A DNA stretch of 64,000 nucleotides, taken from NCBI GenBank assembly GCA_038209775.1, contig JBBQXK010000008.1:6649-70648 (forward strand). The letters run 5' to 3'. This DNA comes from Rhodobacterales bacterium. Lineage in GTDB: Bacteria; Pseudomonadota; Alphaproteobacteria; Rhodobacterales; Rhodobacteraceae. This document shows, piece by piece, positions 42,558-52,778 of this stretch (its first letter is position 1; the number at the start of each line of letters is the position of its first letter). Position numbers and translations under genes: made by a program. The notes below the pieces were generated by a model. That model saw only the letters and a list, made by a program, of their open reading frames with translations. It was not told the origin of the DNA and did no database searches.

Positions 42558-43127
42558 ATGCGGGTGCTGGTGTTGGCGACGGGTGTTCTGGGGATGGCGG
42601 GGGCGGCGATGGCCGAGCCGTTGGCGTCAGCGGAGGCGCGCAAGGCGCTGTGGCCGGCCAAGACGGCGCTGGCCATCGTGATGCGTCCGCACCCGAAACT
42701 GCCCGAGGATCAGGGGAAACTTTTGGCCGCGGTGGCGTCGGGGCAGCCCTATTACGGTGCCATCGCGTTTTCGCCCGATGAGGGGATCCTGGTCGAGGCG
42801 ACGGTGGCGGCAGTGAACCACCATTCGGTGGGCGCGGCAGAGGCGGCGGCGCTGGCGGATTGTGACGCCAAACGCAAGGGCGATACACCCTGTGCGGTGG
42901 CGGTGGTGCTGCGGCCCGACGGGTGGGAGGCGCGTCCGTTCGAGGTGTCGCAGTCAGCGACCGAGGCCCTGCGCAAGGAATACGGGCGAAGCGGGCCGCG
43001 CGCGATGGCCGTGTCGGCGGCAACGGGCGCATATGGTCTGGGCGCGGGCGAGGGGGCGGCAGAGGTGGCGGTGATCGCCTGTGCGGCGGCGGGTGCCACG
43101 GATTGCGCGGTGGTGGTGGCGGACTGA
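42558..43127 (+). CDS. Secreted DUF4189-like protein
   Basis: Signal peptide MRVLVLATGVLGMAGAAMA. Two Cys-pair modules (YYGAIAFSPDEG....AEAAALADC......C.V and AYGLGAGEG.AE.A.IAC......C.V). Family call is from motif memory only. Confidence 0.55.
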   Translation: MRVLVLATGVLGMAGAAMAEPLASAEARKALWPAKTALAIVMRPHPKLPEDQGKLLAAVASGQPYYGAIAFSPDEGILVEATVAAVNHHSVGAAEAAALADCDAKRKGDTPCAVAVVLRPDGWEARPFEVSQSATEALRKEYGRSGPRAMAVSAATGAYGLGAGEGAAEVAVIACAAAGATDCAVVVAD

Positions 43128-43229
43128 GGTTTTTTGGGGGGGGGCGGCAAATTGCCGTCCTGAAATCTGTAGCGCAGACCCGATATGTGTGCTGCACCGA
43201 ACGACCGCACCGCGACGGAGACCCAGTGG

Positions 43230-44453
43230 ATGGACTATTCCCAGGCCCTTGATGCAGCCCTGACGCGCCTGCACGACGAAGGCCGTTACCGCGTGTTTAC
43301 ACCGATCCTGCGCCGACAGGGTCATTTCCCGCGTGCCGTCTGGCAACGCCCCGACGGGACCGAGCGCGATATCACGGTGTGGTGCGGCAACGACTATCTG
43401 GGGATGGGGCAGCATCCGGCGGTGCTGGCCGCGATGCATGACGCGCTTGGGGCGGTCGGGGCGGGGTCGGGTGGCACGCGGAATATCTCGGGCACCACGG
43501 CGCATCACCGCGCACTGGAGGCGGAACTGGCCGATCTGCACGGGAAAGAGGCGGCGCTGGTGTTTACCTCGGCCTATGTCGCCAATGATGCGGCGCTGTC
43601 GACGCTGCGGGACGTTTTTCCGGGGCTTATCATCTATTCCGATGCGCTGAACCACGCCTCGATGATCGAGGGGATACGGCGGGGTGGTGGCAGTAAGCGA
43701 ATATTCGGTCATAATGATGTGGCACATCTGCGCAGGCTGCTGGAGGCGGACGATCCGGCGGCGCCGAAGCTGATCGCGTTCGAATCGGTCTATTCGATGG
43801 ACGGTGATTTCGCGCCGATGCAGGCAATCTGCGATCTGGCCGAAGAGTTCGGCGCGCTGACCTATCTGGACGAAGTGCATGCGGTTGGCATGTACGGGCC
43901 GCGCGGGGCAGGGGTGGCGGCGCGTGACGGACAGATGCACCGGATCGACATGGTGAACGGCACGCTGGCCAAGGCTTATGGCGTGTTCGGCGGCTATGTT
44001 GCTGCAAGTGCGAAACTGGTCGATGCGCTGCGGTCCTATGCGCCCGGGTTCATCTTTACCACGTCGCTGCCGCCTTCCGTTGCGGCAGGTGCGGTGGCGT
44101 CTGTGCGGTGGCTGAAGGGTGACCAATCATTGCGCGATCAGCATCAGCGGCAGGCGCGGATCCTGAAGATGCGGCTGCGCGGGCTGGGTCTGCCGATCAC
44201 CGATCACGGGTCACATATTGTGCCGGTGCATGTCGGCAACCCCATCCATTGCAAGATGCTGTCGGATATGCTGCTGGAACAGCATGGAATCTATGTGCAG
44301 CCGATCAACTATCCCACGGTGCCGCGCGGCACCGAACGGCTGCGGTTTACCCCGTCACCACAGCATGATGCAGCCATGATCGAACATCTGGTGCAGGCGA
44401 TGGATGCACTGTGGGGGCAATGTGCGCTGAATCGCGCCGAAGCCAGCGCCTGA
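43230..44453 (+). CDS. hemA: 5-aminolevulinate synthase
   Basis: MDY...L...L..L..EGRYR.F....R..G.FP.A.W.......[14 protein letters not shown] and PLP-Lys region [10 protein letters not shown].. / TL.KA.G. Hallmark of alphaproteobacteria. Confidence 0.95.
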   Translation: MDYSQALDAALTRLHDEGRYRVFTPILRRQGHFPRAVWQRPDGTERDITVWCGNDYLGMGQHPAVLAAMHDALGAVGAGSGGTRNISGTTAHHRALEAELADLHGKEAALVFTSAYVANDAALSTLRDVFPGLIIYSDALNHASMIEGIRRGGGSKRIFGHNDVAHLRRLLEADDPAAPKLIAFESVYSMDGDFAPMQAICDLAEEFGALTYLDEVHAVGMYGPRGAGVAARDGQMHRIDMVNGTLAKAYGVFGGYVAASAKLVDALRSYAPGFIFTTSLPPSVAAGAVASVRWLKGDQSLRDQHQRQARILKMRLRGLGLPITDHGSHIVPVHVGNPIHCKMLSDMLLEQHGIYVQPINYPTVPRGTERLRFTPSPQHDAAMIEHLVQAMDALWGQCALNRAEASA

Positions 44454-44575
44454 CGGGCGTTACTGCATGTGCAAAGCGACTTGCCATATGTTAGCCTTTC
44501 GTCAATAGACCGGAATCGCGTAGGCTTATAACAAGCGACTCGCCGGCCACTTGGGGCAAGGGATACGGGGACAGG

Positions 44576-45805
44576 ATGATCGGGCGAAGGAACGTACCTT
44601 CGACGCCAGAGGTCACAAAGCCAAAGGGCTTTGACGATTTCGATCTGCGTCTTGGCGACCTTATGCGCGGCGAACGCGCGACGCTTGGCAAATCCTTGCT
44701 GGACGTGCAGCGCGAGCTGAAGATCAAGGCCACCTACATTGCCGCAATCGAGAACGCCGATGTGTCGGCGTTCGAGACGCAGGGTTTTATCGCGGGCTAT
44801 GTGCGGTCTTATGCGCGCTATCTGGGGATGAACCCGGACTGGGCCTATGAGAAGTTCTGCCGCGAGGCGAATTTCACGCTGGCGCATGGCATGTCACAGG
44901 CGGCATCGCCCGCACGCATCACCGCTGTGCGCAACCGCGCGGCGGAATACCGCGATCCGCTTGCCGACCCAAACGCATCGTTCGTGCCCCGCGCCGAAAG
45001 CCTGTTCAGCCGGATCGAACCGGGTGCCGTGGGATCGCTTGCGGTGCTGGTCGCGTTGATTGCGGGCATCGGGTATGGCGGCTGGTCGGTGCTGCAACAG
45101 GTGCAGCAGGTACAGCTTGCCCCCGTCGATCAAGCGCCGCGCGTGGTGACCGACATTGATCCTCTGGGCAATGTGCCGGGCAGTGCGACGAATGTGCGGT
45201 CGGCGCCCGATGTGGCGGTGGCGGCTGACGTGCCGCCTTCGGGCACGATTGCCGCCGATATTGCCGGGGTGGACGGTGCCGACCGCCTGTCACGCCCCGA
45301 GGCCCTGGATGTGCCGGTGCTGGTCGCGCGGGACGGGCCGATTGCGGCCATCACGCCGAACCGGCCGCCGGTGGACGGGATTGCGGCGGCTGTGGCCGAG
45401 GCTGTGGCGGCAGAGCCCGGTGCGGGTGTGCAGGTGCTGGCCGCAACCGGCCCGGGAGTGGAGCTGTTTGCCGTGCGCCCGTCATGGGTGCGGGTCAAGG
45501 CCGCCGACGGGACTGTGCTGTTCGAAAAGATCCTTGATGCGGGTGAGCGGTATGTCGTGCCGCAGATGGAAACCGCGCCGCTGCTGCGGGCCGGCAATTC
45601 GGGGTCGGTGTATTTCCTTGTGAACGGCCAGACCTATGGCCCGGCAGCCCCCGGCGCGCAGGTCGTCAACAACGTCGATCTGTCGCCCGCCGCGCTGACC
45701 ACCACCTATGCGCTGGCCGACCTGACGCAGGACCCTGACCTGACCCGCTATGCATCGAACGGAGATCCTGTTGTGGTGCCGGGTGTGGAAGTGCCGCAAA
45801 ACTGA
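44576..45805 (+). CDS. rodZ: RodZ-like helix-turn-helix / DUF4115 protein
   Basis: N-terminal XRE-type HTH (LG..L...R...G.SL.DV...L.I...Y..AIE), a TM segment (LAVLVALIAGIGYGGW) and a C-terminal DUF4115-like beta region (V.V.A.DG.VLF...L..G....VP). Lies upstream of ispG, as for rodZ-ispG in other bacteria. Confidence 0.7.
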   Translation: MIGRRNVPSTPEVTKPKGFDDFDLRLGDLMRGERATLGKSLLDVQRELKIKATYIAAIENADVSAFETQGFIAGYVRSYARYLGMNPDWAYEKFCREANFTLAHGMSQAASPARITAVRNRAAEYRDPLADPNASFVPRAESLFSRIEPGAVGSLAVLVALIAGIGYGGWSVLQQVQQVQLAPVDQAPRVVTDIDPLGNVPGSATNVRSAPDVAVAADVPPSGTIAADIAGVDGADRLSRPEALDVPVLVARDGPIAAITPNRPPVDGIAAAVAEAVAAEPGAGVQVLAATGPGVELFAVRPSWVRVKAADGTVLFEKILDAGERYVVPQMETAPLLRAGNSGSVYFLVNGQTYGPAAPGAQVVNNVDLSPAALTTTYALADLTQDPDLTRYASNGDPVVVPGVEVPQN

Positions 45806-45874
45806 CCCTCGGTTGCGCCGGGCACGCGCCGACGCTACATCTTGGCCGATGATCCCGGTCAAAGGACTGCGCCC

Positions 45875-47002
45875 ATGACGCACAACCCGATCCGCCCCTG
45901 GCGCAACATCGACCGGCGCGTGTCGCGTCAGATACGCGTGGGCAAGGTACTGGTCGGTGGCGATGCGCCGATTTCGGTGCAGACGATGACCAACACCCTG
46001 ACGACAGATGTGGCGGCAACGCTGGAACAGGTGCAGCGCTGTGCGGTTGCAGGCGCGGATATCGTGCGGATATCCACGCCCGACCGCGAAAGCACGGCGG
46101 CGCTGAAGCACATTGTGGCCGAAAGCCCGGTGCCGATCGTGGCCGACATCCATTTCCACTACAAACGCGCGATCGAGGCGGCAGAGGCGGGGGCGGCCTG
46201 TCTGCGGATCAACCCGGGGAACATCGGCGATGCCAAGCGTGTGGCCGAGGTTGTGAAGGCCGCCAAGGACCATGGTTGTTCCATCCGCATCGGGGTGAAC
46301 GCGGGGTCGCTGGAGCGGCATCTGCTGGAAAAATACGGTGAGCCTTGCCCGGATGCAATGGTGGAATCCGGGATGGACCATATCAAGCTGTTGCAGGACA
46401 ACGATTTTCACGAGTTCAAGATTTCGGTCAAGGCGTCCGACGTGTTCATGGCCGCCGCCGCCTATCAGCAACTGGCGGGCGTCACCGATGCGCCGATCCA
46501 TCTGGGGATCACCGAGGCAGGGGGGCTGACCTCGGGCACGGTGAAATCGGCCATCGGGCTGGGGTCGCTGTTGTGGTTCGGGATCGGCGATACCATCCGG
46601 GTATCGTTGTCGGCGGACCCGGTCGAGGAAGTGAAGGTCGGCTTTGAAATCCTGAAATCGCTGGGGCTGCGGCATCGGGGGGTGACGATCATTTCCTGTC
46701 CCAGTTGCGCGCGGCAGGGGTTTGACGTGATCAAGACCGTGACGGCCTTGGAACAACGGCTGGCGCATGTGACCACGTCGCTGTCGCTGTCGATCATCGG
46801 CTGCGTGGTGAACGGGCCGGGCGAGGCGCTGATGACCGACATCGGGTTTACCGGGGGCGGGGCGGGCAAGGGCATGGTGTATCTGGCGGGCAAGACCGCG
46901 CATACCATGGGCAACGACAAGATGGTCGACCACATCGTCGAACTGGTCGAGGCCAAGGCGGCCGAGATCGAAGCGGCAGAGGCGGCCCAAGCGGCAGAAT
47001 AA
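45875..47002 (+). CDS. ispG: 4-hydroxy-3-methylbut-2-en-1-yl diphosphate synthase (flavodoxin)
   Basis: [38 protein letters not shown] and [11 protein letters not shown] Fe-S Cys motifs. Confidence 0.95.
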   Translation: MTHNPIRPWRNIDRRVSRQIRVGKVLVGGDAPISVQTMTNTLTTDVAATLEQVQRCAVAGADIVRISTPDRESTAALKHIVAESPVPIVADIHFHYKRAIEAAEAGAACLRINPGNIGDAKRVAEVVKAAKDHGCSIRIGVNAGSLERHLLEKYGEPCPDAMVESGMDHIKLLQDNDFHEFKISVKASDVFMAAAAYQQLAGVTDAPIHLGITEAGGLTSGTVKSAIGLGSLLWFGIGDTIRVSLSADPVEEVKVGFEILKSLGLRHRGVTIISCPSCARQGFDVIKTVTALEQRLAHVTTSLSLSIIGCVVNGPGEALMTDIGFTGGGAGKGMVYLAGKTAHTMGNDKMVDHIVELVEAKAAEIEAAEAAQAAE

Positions 47003-47098
47003 CTGTGCATTCGGGACAGGACAGACCTGCGTTCGGGCAGGTTTGGAACTGGTCTGCGCAGGGCTAGGTTACCGCTGGCCATTGAAGGAGTGTCGCTT

Positions 47099-48310
47099 GT
47101 GACCAACCCCACCCATGCCCCCGCACCCGGCACTTTTGTGACCGTGGCCGTGCTGTTGCTGGCGTCGTTGACGATCATGGCGAATGCGACCATCGCGCCG
47201 GCCTTGCCGGGGTTACGCGCGCATTTCGCGCATGTGGCGGGGATCGACACACTGGCGGGGTTGTTGCTGACGCTGCCATCGGCGGCGATCATGCTGACGG
47301 CGGGGGTTATCGGCTGGCTTGCCGACCGGGTGAACCGGCAGTGGTTGCTGGTGGGGTCAGCGCTGGCGGTGGCCTTGGGCGGCGCGTCGGGGCTGGTGGC
47401 CGAGACATTGCCGATGATGCTGGCGGGGCGGATTGTGCTGGGGGTTGGCGTGGCCGGCACGATGACGCTGGCGCTGACCTGGGGGGCGGACCTGTGGCAG
47501 GGGCCGGCACGGGCGCGGTTTCTGGGGATGCAGGGCGCGACCATGTCGGCGGGGGGTGTGGTGGTGATGCTGTTGGGCGGTGCCTTGGCGTCGTTGCACT
47601 GGCGCGGGGCGTTTGCGGCGTATCTGGTGGTGGTGCCGGTGGCGGTTCTGGCGCTGGTGGCGCTGGCGCCTTATGTCCGGGAGCGCAGCGCGCGGGGGCG
47701 GGTGGCGGCGATGGCGGCAGCCGGACAGTTCCCATGGCGGGCGTTTGCGCTGGTGGGGCCCTTGGCGTTCATCTTCATGCTGACCTTCTACATCATGCCG
47801 ACGCGGCTGCCCTTCCTGTTGTCGGACATGGGGCTGACCAACCCTGCGCTGATTGGCGCGTCGATGGCGCTGATGACGCTGGTGTCGATCCCGGGGGCGC
47901 TGATGTACGGGCGGCTGCGGCGGCATGTGTCGGCGATGGCGGTATTCGCGGGATCGTTCGGGTTCATGGGGGCAGGGCTGCTATTGGTGGGGCTGTCGCC
48001 CACGCTGCCGGGGGTGATCGCAGGGATTGCACTGACGGGCGTGGGAATGGGGCCGTCGATGCCCAATTACAGCACCTATTTCATGAGCTTTGTGCCCCCC
48101 GGGATGCGCGGCCGCGCGTCGGGCCTGTTGACCACGGCGTTCTTTGCCGGGCAGTTCGCGTCGCCCCTTGCCACCGCACCGCTGGTCGGGGCCTACGGCG
48201 CGCGGGGGGCGTTCGAGGTGATGGGGTTGACGCTGATCCTGCTCTGTGGCGTCTTGGGGATCACAGCGCTGCGCACCAGACCCGTGCCAGCCCCGCAACC
48301 CGGAGAGTGA
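47099..48310 (+). CDS. MFS transporter
   Basis: 12 predicted hydrophobic spans and a G...DR..R-like loop (GWLADRVNRQ). Start moved to GTG 47099, 9 nt after AAGGAG; the ORF track starts at 47090. Confidence 0.85.
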   Translation: MTNPTHAPAPGTFVTVAVLLLASLTIMANATIAPALPGLRAHFAHVAGIDTLAGLLLTLPSAAIMLTAGVIGWLADRVNRQWLLVGSALAVALGGASGLVAETLPMMLAGRIVLGVGVAGTMTLALTWGADLWQGPARARFLGMQGATMSAGGVVVMLLGGALASLHWRGAFAAYLVVVPVAVLALVALAPYVRERSARGRVAAMAAAGQFPWRAFALVGPLAFIFMLTFYIMPTRLPFLLSDMGLTNPALIGASMALMTLVSIPGALMYGRLRRHVSAMAVFAGSFGFMGAGLLLVGLSPTLPGVIAGIALTGVGMGPSMPNYSTYFMSFVPPGMRGRASGLLTTAFFAGQFASPLATAPLVGAYGARGAFEVMGLTLILLCGVLGITALRTRPVPAPQPGE

Positions 48311-48316
48311 CCCCGC

Positions 48317-48823
48317 GTGCCTGACACCCCCCATCCATCCATTATTCGCTGGGAGGCTATCGAGGCGGGCGACTGGACCTATCGCGGCGACGACGAGCCG
48401 ATGGGCAGGGATGCCGATTATTCGCGGCATTTCGGGCTGAAACGGCTGGGCATCCATCATCTGCGACTGCAACCGGGGCGGCGCACGTCGTACCCGCACG
48501 CTGAGAGCGCCGAGGATGAGTTTGTCTATGTCATCGCGGGCACGCCGGATGTCTGGCTGGACGGGCACCTGCACCGGCTGTCGCCCGGCGATGCAGTGGG
48601 GTTTCCGGCGGGAACAGGGCTGTGTCATACGTTCCTGAACAACACGGATGCCGAGGTCATGCTGATCGTGGTCGGCGACCGGCCAAGGCCGGAGAACCGC
48701 ATCTTTTATCCGAGGAACCCCGAACAGAGGGTGGTCCGTGACGACTGGTGGGACGCGGTACCTGAACGCGCGCTTGGCCCGCATGACGGGCTGACGGATG
48801 CGCGGCGCGGGCAGGGTGGTTAG
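48317..48823 (+). CDS. Cupin-domain protein
   Basis: G.....PH.H..EDEF.YV..G......DG....L.PGD..GFPAG.G..H.F.N conserved cupin barrel motifs. Confidence 0.75.
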   Translation: MPDTPHPSIIRWEAIEAGDWTYRGDDEPMGRDADYSRHFGLKRLGIHHLRLQPGRRTSYPHAESAEDEFVYVIAGTPDVWLDGHLHRLSPGDAVGFPAGTGLCHTFLNNTDAEVMLIVVGDRPRPENRIFYPRNPEQRVVRDDWWDAVPERALGPHDGLTDARRGQGG

Positions 48824-48826
48824 CCT

Positions 48827-49687
48827 TTGACGCGGGTTCATGGCTATATCCGGTTCTCTTACCTCGGGCGCAGTGATGCCCGCGCGTCGCGCAACGGCCT
48901 GTCGGAGGATGAGCGTGCCGCGATCCTCTATGCCGCACCGCGCATGGCGCAGAGGTTCCACCTGTTCGAACACATCTGTCTGCCATCGTTGCGTGCCCAG
49001 TCGCACCCGGATTTTCGCATTACCGTGCTGGCGTCACCCCTGATGCCCGAGGCGGACCGGCTGCGGCTGCAAACGCTGGTGGCGACGCTGCCGCAGGGTG
49101 AGGTTTTGTACAGCGATGCGGCCAGCGTGGTCGAGGCGCTGAACCCGGTCATCACCGGGGTCACGGCCAAGGCCACCGGCATGACGTTCCATTTCCGGCT
49201 GGACGACGACGATGCGCTGTGCCGCACCGCGATCCAGACCATGGACCGCTATTGCGATCTGGCCGTGGCGGACGAGTTGATGACGTTTCCGCGCGGGTTC
49301 CTGCTGATCCGGGCTGAGGGCGAAGTGCGGCTGTTGCGCAAGCAAGAGGATTTCATCGCCATCGGGCTGGGGTTTTTTGCAGCCCCCGGCACGCTGCGCA
49401 ACCCTTATTCGGGCAGTCACCGCAAGATCTACCGGCTGGTGCCGACGCGGATGGAGCCCCGGCTGCCCGCGTATATCCATGTGGCCCATGATGCGGCGGA
49501 TACCGCCCGGACGACCGACCACAAACTGCTGACCGCCGCCCGGGACGACCCGAACCATGCCGCCGAGCAAAAGGCAATCTCGCGGCTGATGGAACAGCAT
49601 TTCCCGTTCAAGGCCCGGCAACTGCGGCGGATACTGCAGGAAATGCCCGGTGCAGCCCCCCTTGCGCCCGAGCCTGCATCCGGCTAG
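48827..49687 (+). CDS. Hypothetical protein, possibly a glycosyltransferase (putative rhamnosyltransferase-like)
   Basis: Coding-like composition and tight spacing after the cupin gene. The N-terminal pattern IRFSY......R..LFE..CLPSL..Q....F.......... and R.DDDD recall a GT family, but the assignment is weak. TTG start. Confidence 0.45.
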   Translation: MTRVHGYIRFSYLGRSDARASRNGLSEDERAAILYAAPRMAQRFHLFEHICLPSLRAQSHPDFRITVLASPLMPEADRLRLQTLVATLPQGEVLYSDAASVVEALNPVITGVTAKATGMTFHFRLDDDDALCRTAIQTMDRYCDLAVADELMTFPRGFLLIRAEGEVRLLRKQEDFIAIGLGFFAAPGTLRNPYSGSHRKIYRLVPTRMEPRLPAYIHVAHDAADTARTTDHKLLTAARDDPNHAAEQKAISRLMEQHFPFKARQLRRILQEMPGAAPLAPEPASG

Positions 49688-49805
49688 ACGAGCGCCACTT
49701 CACAGGCGTGGTGCGGGCTTTGGGACAGACATCCCCCGAAGTCCACCGGTTGGGGCAATGCCCTGAAATCACCGCGACCGAGGCGCAAACCGGAAAGGAC
49801 ACTGA

Positions 49806-50564
49806 ATGGCGCTCCCCGAGTTCTCGATACGTCAGCTTTTGGAAGCTGGCGTACACTACGGCCACCAGACCGCCCGCTGGAACCCCCGCATGGGTGAGTT
49901 CATCTATGGCGAACGCAATGGCATCCACATCGTCGATCTGACGCAGACCGTTCCGCTGTTGGACGCCGCGCTGAAGGTGGTGCGCGATACCGTCGCCAAG
50001 GGCGGCCGTATCCTGTTCGTCGGCACCAAGCGGCAGGCACAAAAGGCCGTCGCCGAAGCTGCCGAGAAATCGGCGCAGTTCTATATGAACCACCGCTGGC
50101 TGGGTGGCACGCTGACCAACTGGCAGACCGTGTCGAAGTCGATCCAGCGGTTGAAGCAGATTGACGAAGTGATGGCCCACGGGGCCGAAGGCATGACGAA
50201 GAAGGAACGCCTTGGGCTTGAGCGCGAGCAGGGCAAGCTGCAGGCGTCACTGGGCGGCATCCGCGAAATGGGCGGCGTGCCGGACCTGTTGGTGGTGATC
50301 GACGTGGGCAAAGAGGACCTTGCGGTTCTTGAGGCCAACAAGCTGGGCATTCCGGTGGTGGGTATCGTCGATACCAACTGCTCGCCCAAGGGTGTGACGC
50401 ACCTGATCCCCGGCAATGACGATGCGGCGCGGGCGATTGCGCTGTATTGCGACCTGATCAGCCGTGCGGCCCTTGACGGGATGTCGGCGCAGATGGGTGC
50501 GGCAGGCATCGACGTCGGTGCGCTGGAAGAGGCCCCGGTCGAAGAAGCCGTCGCCGAAGTCTGA
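49806..50564 (+). CDS. rpsB: 30S ribosomal protein S2
   Basis: [17 protein letters not shown]...I.G.RN.IHI.DL..T and LGGTLTN blocks. Confidence 0.97.
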   Translation: MALPEFSIRQLLEAGVHYGHQTARWNPRMGEFIYGERNGIHIVDLTQTVPLLDAALKVVRDTVAKGGRILFVGTKRQAQKAVAEAAEKSAQFYMNHRWLGGTLTNWQTVSKSIQRLKQIDEVMAHGAEGMTKKERLGLEREQGKLQASLGGIREMGGVPDLLVVIDVGKEDLAVLEANKLGIPVVGIVDTNCSPKGVTHLIPGNDDAARAIALYCDLISRAALDGMSAQMGAAGIDVGALEEAPVEEAVAEV

Positions 50565-50635
50565 GGGCTGTTGCAGGCCTGTCATCGGGCGGGGTTAAAC
50601 CCGCCCGCATTTCATTCGTATTCAGGAGACCTGAC

Positions 50636-51535
50636 ATGACCGTCACCGCACAAATGGTGAAAGAGCTGCGCGATTCGACCGGCGCAGGGATGATGGACGC
50701 CAAGAAGGCGTTGGTTGAGACCGATGGCAACATGGAGGCGGCGGTTGACTGGCTGCGCACCAAGGGCCTGGCCAAGGCCGCCAAGAAGGCCGACCGCGTC
50801 GCCGCCGAGGGGCTGGTTGGCGTGGCCGTGTCGGGGAACCGGGGTGTGGCGGTCGAGGTGAACTCGGAAACCGACTTTGTCGCCAAGAACGGCGATTTCC
50901 AGAACCTGGTGCGGGGCGTGACCAAGACCGCGCTGCGCTGCCCCGATGTCGAGGTGCTGCGCACCGCTGACATGAACGGCGTGCCGGTTGGCGTGGCGAT
51001 TGCCGAAACCGTGGCGGTGATCGGCGAGAACATGACCCTGCGCCGTATGGCGGCGGTCGAGGGCGATCATGTGGCGTCCTACGTCCACAACGCCGCTGCC
51101 GATGGCATGGGGCGGATCGGCGTGCTGGTGGCCGTGAAGGGCACCGACAACGGCATCGCCAAGCAGATCGCCATGCATGTGGCCGCGACCAATCCCTTGG
51201 CGCTGTCCGAGGCCGATCTTGATCCGGCGGTCGTTGAGCGTGAACTGGCCGTGCAGACGCAGAAGGCGATGGAAGAGAATGCGACCTCGGCCAAGCCCAA
51301 GCCCGATGCGGTGATCCAGAACAACATCATCCCGGGACGGATGAAGAAGTTTCTGGCCGAGAACACGCTGATGGGCCAGATGTTCGTGATGAACCCCGAG
51401 ATCACCGTGGCGCAGGCGGCCAAGGATGCGGGTGTTACGGTCACGGGCTATGTGCGGATGTCGGTGGGCGAGGGCATCGAGAAAGAGAAAGAGGACTTTG
51501 CGGCGGAAGTGGCAAAGATGAACGCACCGCAGTAA
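50636..51535 (+). CDS. tsf: Translation elongation factor Ts
   Basis: VKELR..TGAGMMD.KKAL.E..G..E.A.DWLR.KG UBA-like N-terminus. Follows rpsB. Confidence 0.97.
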   Translation: MTVTAQMVKELRDSTGAGMMDAKKALVETDGNMEAAVDWLRTKGLAKAAKKADRVAAEGLVGVAVSGNRGVAVEVNSETDFVAKNGDFQNLVRGVTKTALRCPDVEVLRTADMNGVPVGVAIAETVAVIGENMTLRRMAAVEGDHVASYVHNAAADGMGRIGVLVAVKGTDNGIAKQIAMHVAATNPLALSEADLDPAVVERELAVQTQKAMEENATSAKPKPDAVIQNNIIPGRMKKFLAENTLMGQMFVMNPEITVAQAAKDAGVTVTGYVRMSVGEGIEKEKEDFAAEVAKMNAPQ

Positions 51536-51562
51536 GCGGCTGTTCTTGCGTGGAAATGTCGA

Positions 51563-51592
51563 ACGGGGCAGTCTAACGACTGCCCCGTTTTT
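51563..51592 (+). terminator. Rho-independent terminator after tsf
   Basis: Perfect 11-bp stem ACGGGGCAGTC/GACTGCCCCGT with loop TAAC, followed by TTTTTG, 28 nt after the tsf stop. Confidence 0.8.
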
Positions 51593-51799
51593 GTTGCCGC
51601 GCGTCTGGGGATGAGAACGGCAATCGACGTCAGGGACCAACATCGTGCGGCTGCAAAATCACGCCGCCCGATGGTACGACAGGGCAGGGGGAGCAACCGT
51701 CCCACCCCGTTCACAAGGGCCCCGCAACCCCGGCCAAAATTCTGGCAACGGGTCTTGGGGCGGTGTTCCAAGGGGTAATCCCCTGCTCACGGAACATGA

Positions 51800-52633
51800 T
51801 CAGATTGCAACTTTCCGTGACCGCATGACAGTAGGGGAATCCATACCATCCCCGGACGGACGCACGAAGATCAGGTTCAGAAGCGTGCCCTTGGCCACCG
51901 CATGCGCCGTGGTGTCCACATTCAGCGCCTCACGCGCCAGACGCAGATGCTTTTCCACCATCGCCGCCGATACGCCCATCAGGACCGCCACATCGGCCAT
52001 CGTCTTGCCGTCGGCCGCCCATTCCAGCGCTTCGCGCTGGCGCGCGGTCAGGTCGCGGCGGACGTGGGCGGCGGGCAGGCTGGCGATGCGCAGGTGCATC
52101 ATCTGCGCCACGGCCATCATCGACGGACCTTGCGCGTCCCAGATCCGGTCAACATCGTCATGGCCAAGCCCCGCATCCGCAGTCAGCCCAAGCGCGCCCT
52201 TGGTCCGGCTGGCCACTTCGGGGAAACTGATGGCGATGCCCGCGACGATGCCGAAGCGCGCGTTCAGGCGCACCGCCTCGGCCTCTTCGTCGGGCAGGCG
52301 GCCTGCGGCATAGTCCTGTTGCACCCAACGCCATGTGGTCATGCCGGTATTCCGCAGCGCCCAGCGATAGACCGGCGTCTTCGCATAGAACCCGCCACGG
52401 AAGTACAACCGCGAATACTCGGGGTCGGAGGTTGAAAGATACAGCGCATCATCGGGATCGCCGATCGAGCGTTCGGTGCGGAACCGGGTAAGTCCATAGT
52501 TCAGCCGCCGAAACCCCAGTTCGGCAAAATACGCGCAGGCCGGTGCCCAGGCAGCATCCACGCAGTCGGCCTGCGCAATGCACCCGAGAAGTTGCAAGAC
52601 TTCGGCCACCTGATCCTGTCCGTGCAGTGCCAA
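51800..52633 (-). CDS. LuxR-family transcriptional regulator (autoinducer-binding-like N-domain plus GerE HTH), solo
   Basis: C-terminal LT.RQREAL.W.A.GKT..D.A..MG.S...V..HL......L HTH. The N-terminal domain has Y...Y........TP and G...G spacing like QS LuxR receptors. No luxI-like gene in the window. TTG start; exact start uncertain. Confidence 0.8.
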   Translation of the reverse strand: MALHGQDQVAEVLQLLGCIAQADCVDAAWAPACAYFAELGFRRLNYGLTRFRTERSIGDPDDALYLSTSDPEYSRLYFRGGFYAKTPVYRWALRNTGMTTWRWVQQDYAAGRLPDEEAEAVRLNARFGIVAGIAISFPEVASRTKGALGLTADAGLGHDDVDRIWDAQGPSMMAVAQMMHLRIASLPAAHVRRDLTARQREALEWAADGKTMADVAVLMGVSAAMVEKHLRLAREALNVDTTAHAVAKGTLLNLIFVRPSGDGMDSPTVMRSRKVAI

Positions 52634-52736
52634 CCGATGGTCAGCATCTCATCCCACCGTAATTGTAGCGCCGATACATTTCCGGTGTCGAGGGGCAAGG
52701 CTATGGGATCGGCTGATGTCGGGTGGATTGGGCTGC

Positions 52737-52778
52737 CTGTCTGGATTACATAATATTGATTATAGGATAATCAGACAG
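52737..52778. promoter_or_regulatory. Long imperfect palindrome CTGTCTG(G)ATTA-N19-TAATCAGACAG enclosing a 28-nt AT-rich core
   Basis: Read directly. It lies 105-145 nt upstream of the LuxR-solo start and overlaps the stop codon (52771..52773) of the flavoprotein gene. It could be a regulator site, a promoter element or a terminator-like hairpin. Confidence 0.3.

Noticed and set aside
42484-43197. 237-aa proline-rich minus-strand ORF (PPPP runs)
   Set aside because: It is antisense to the signal-peptide-bearing DUF4189-like gene. Its composition is an artefact of GC-rich codons read in reverse. It has no start context.
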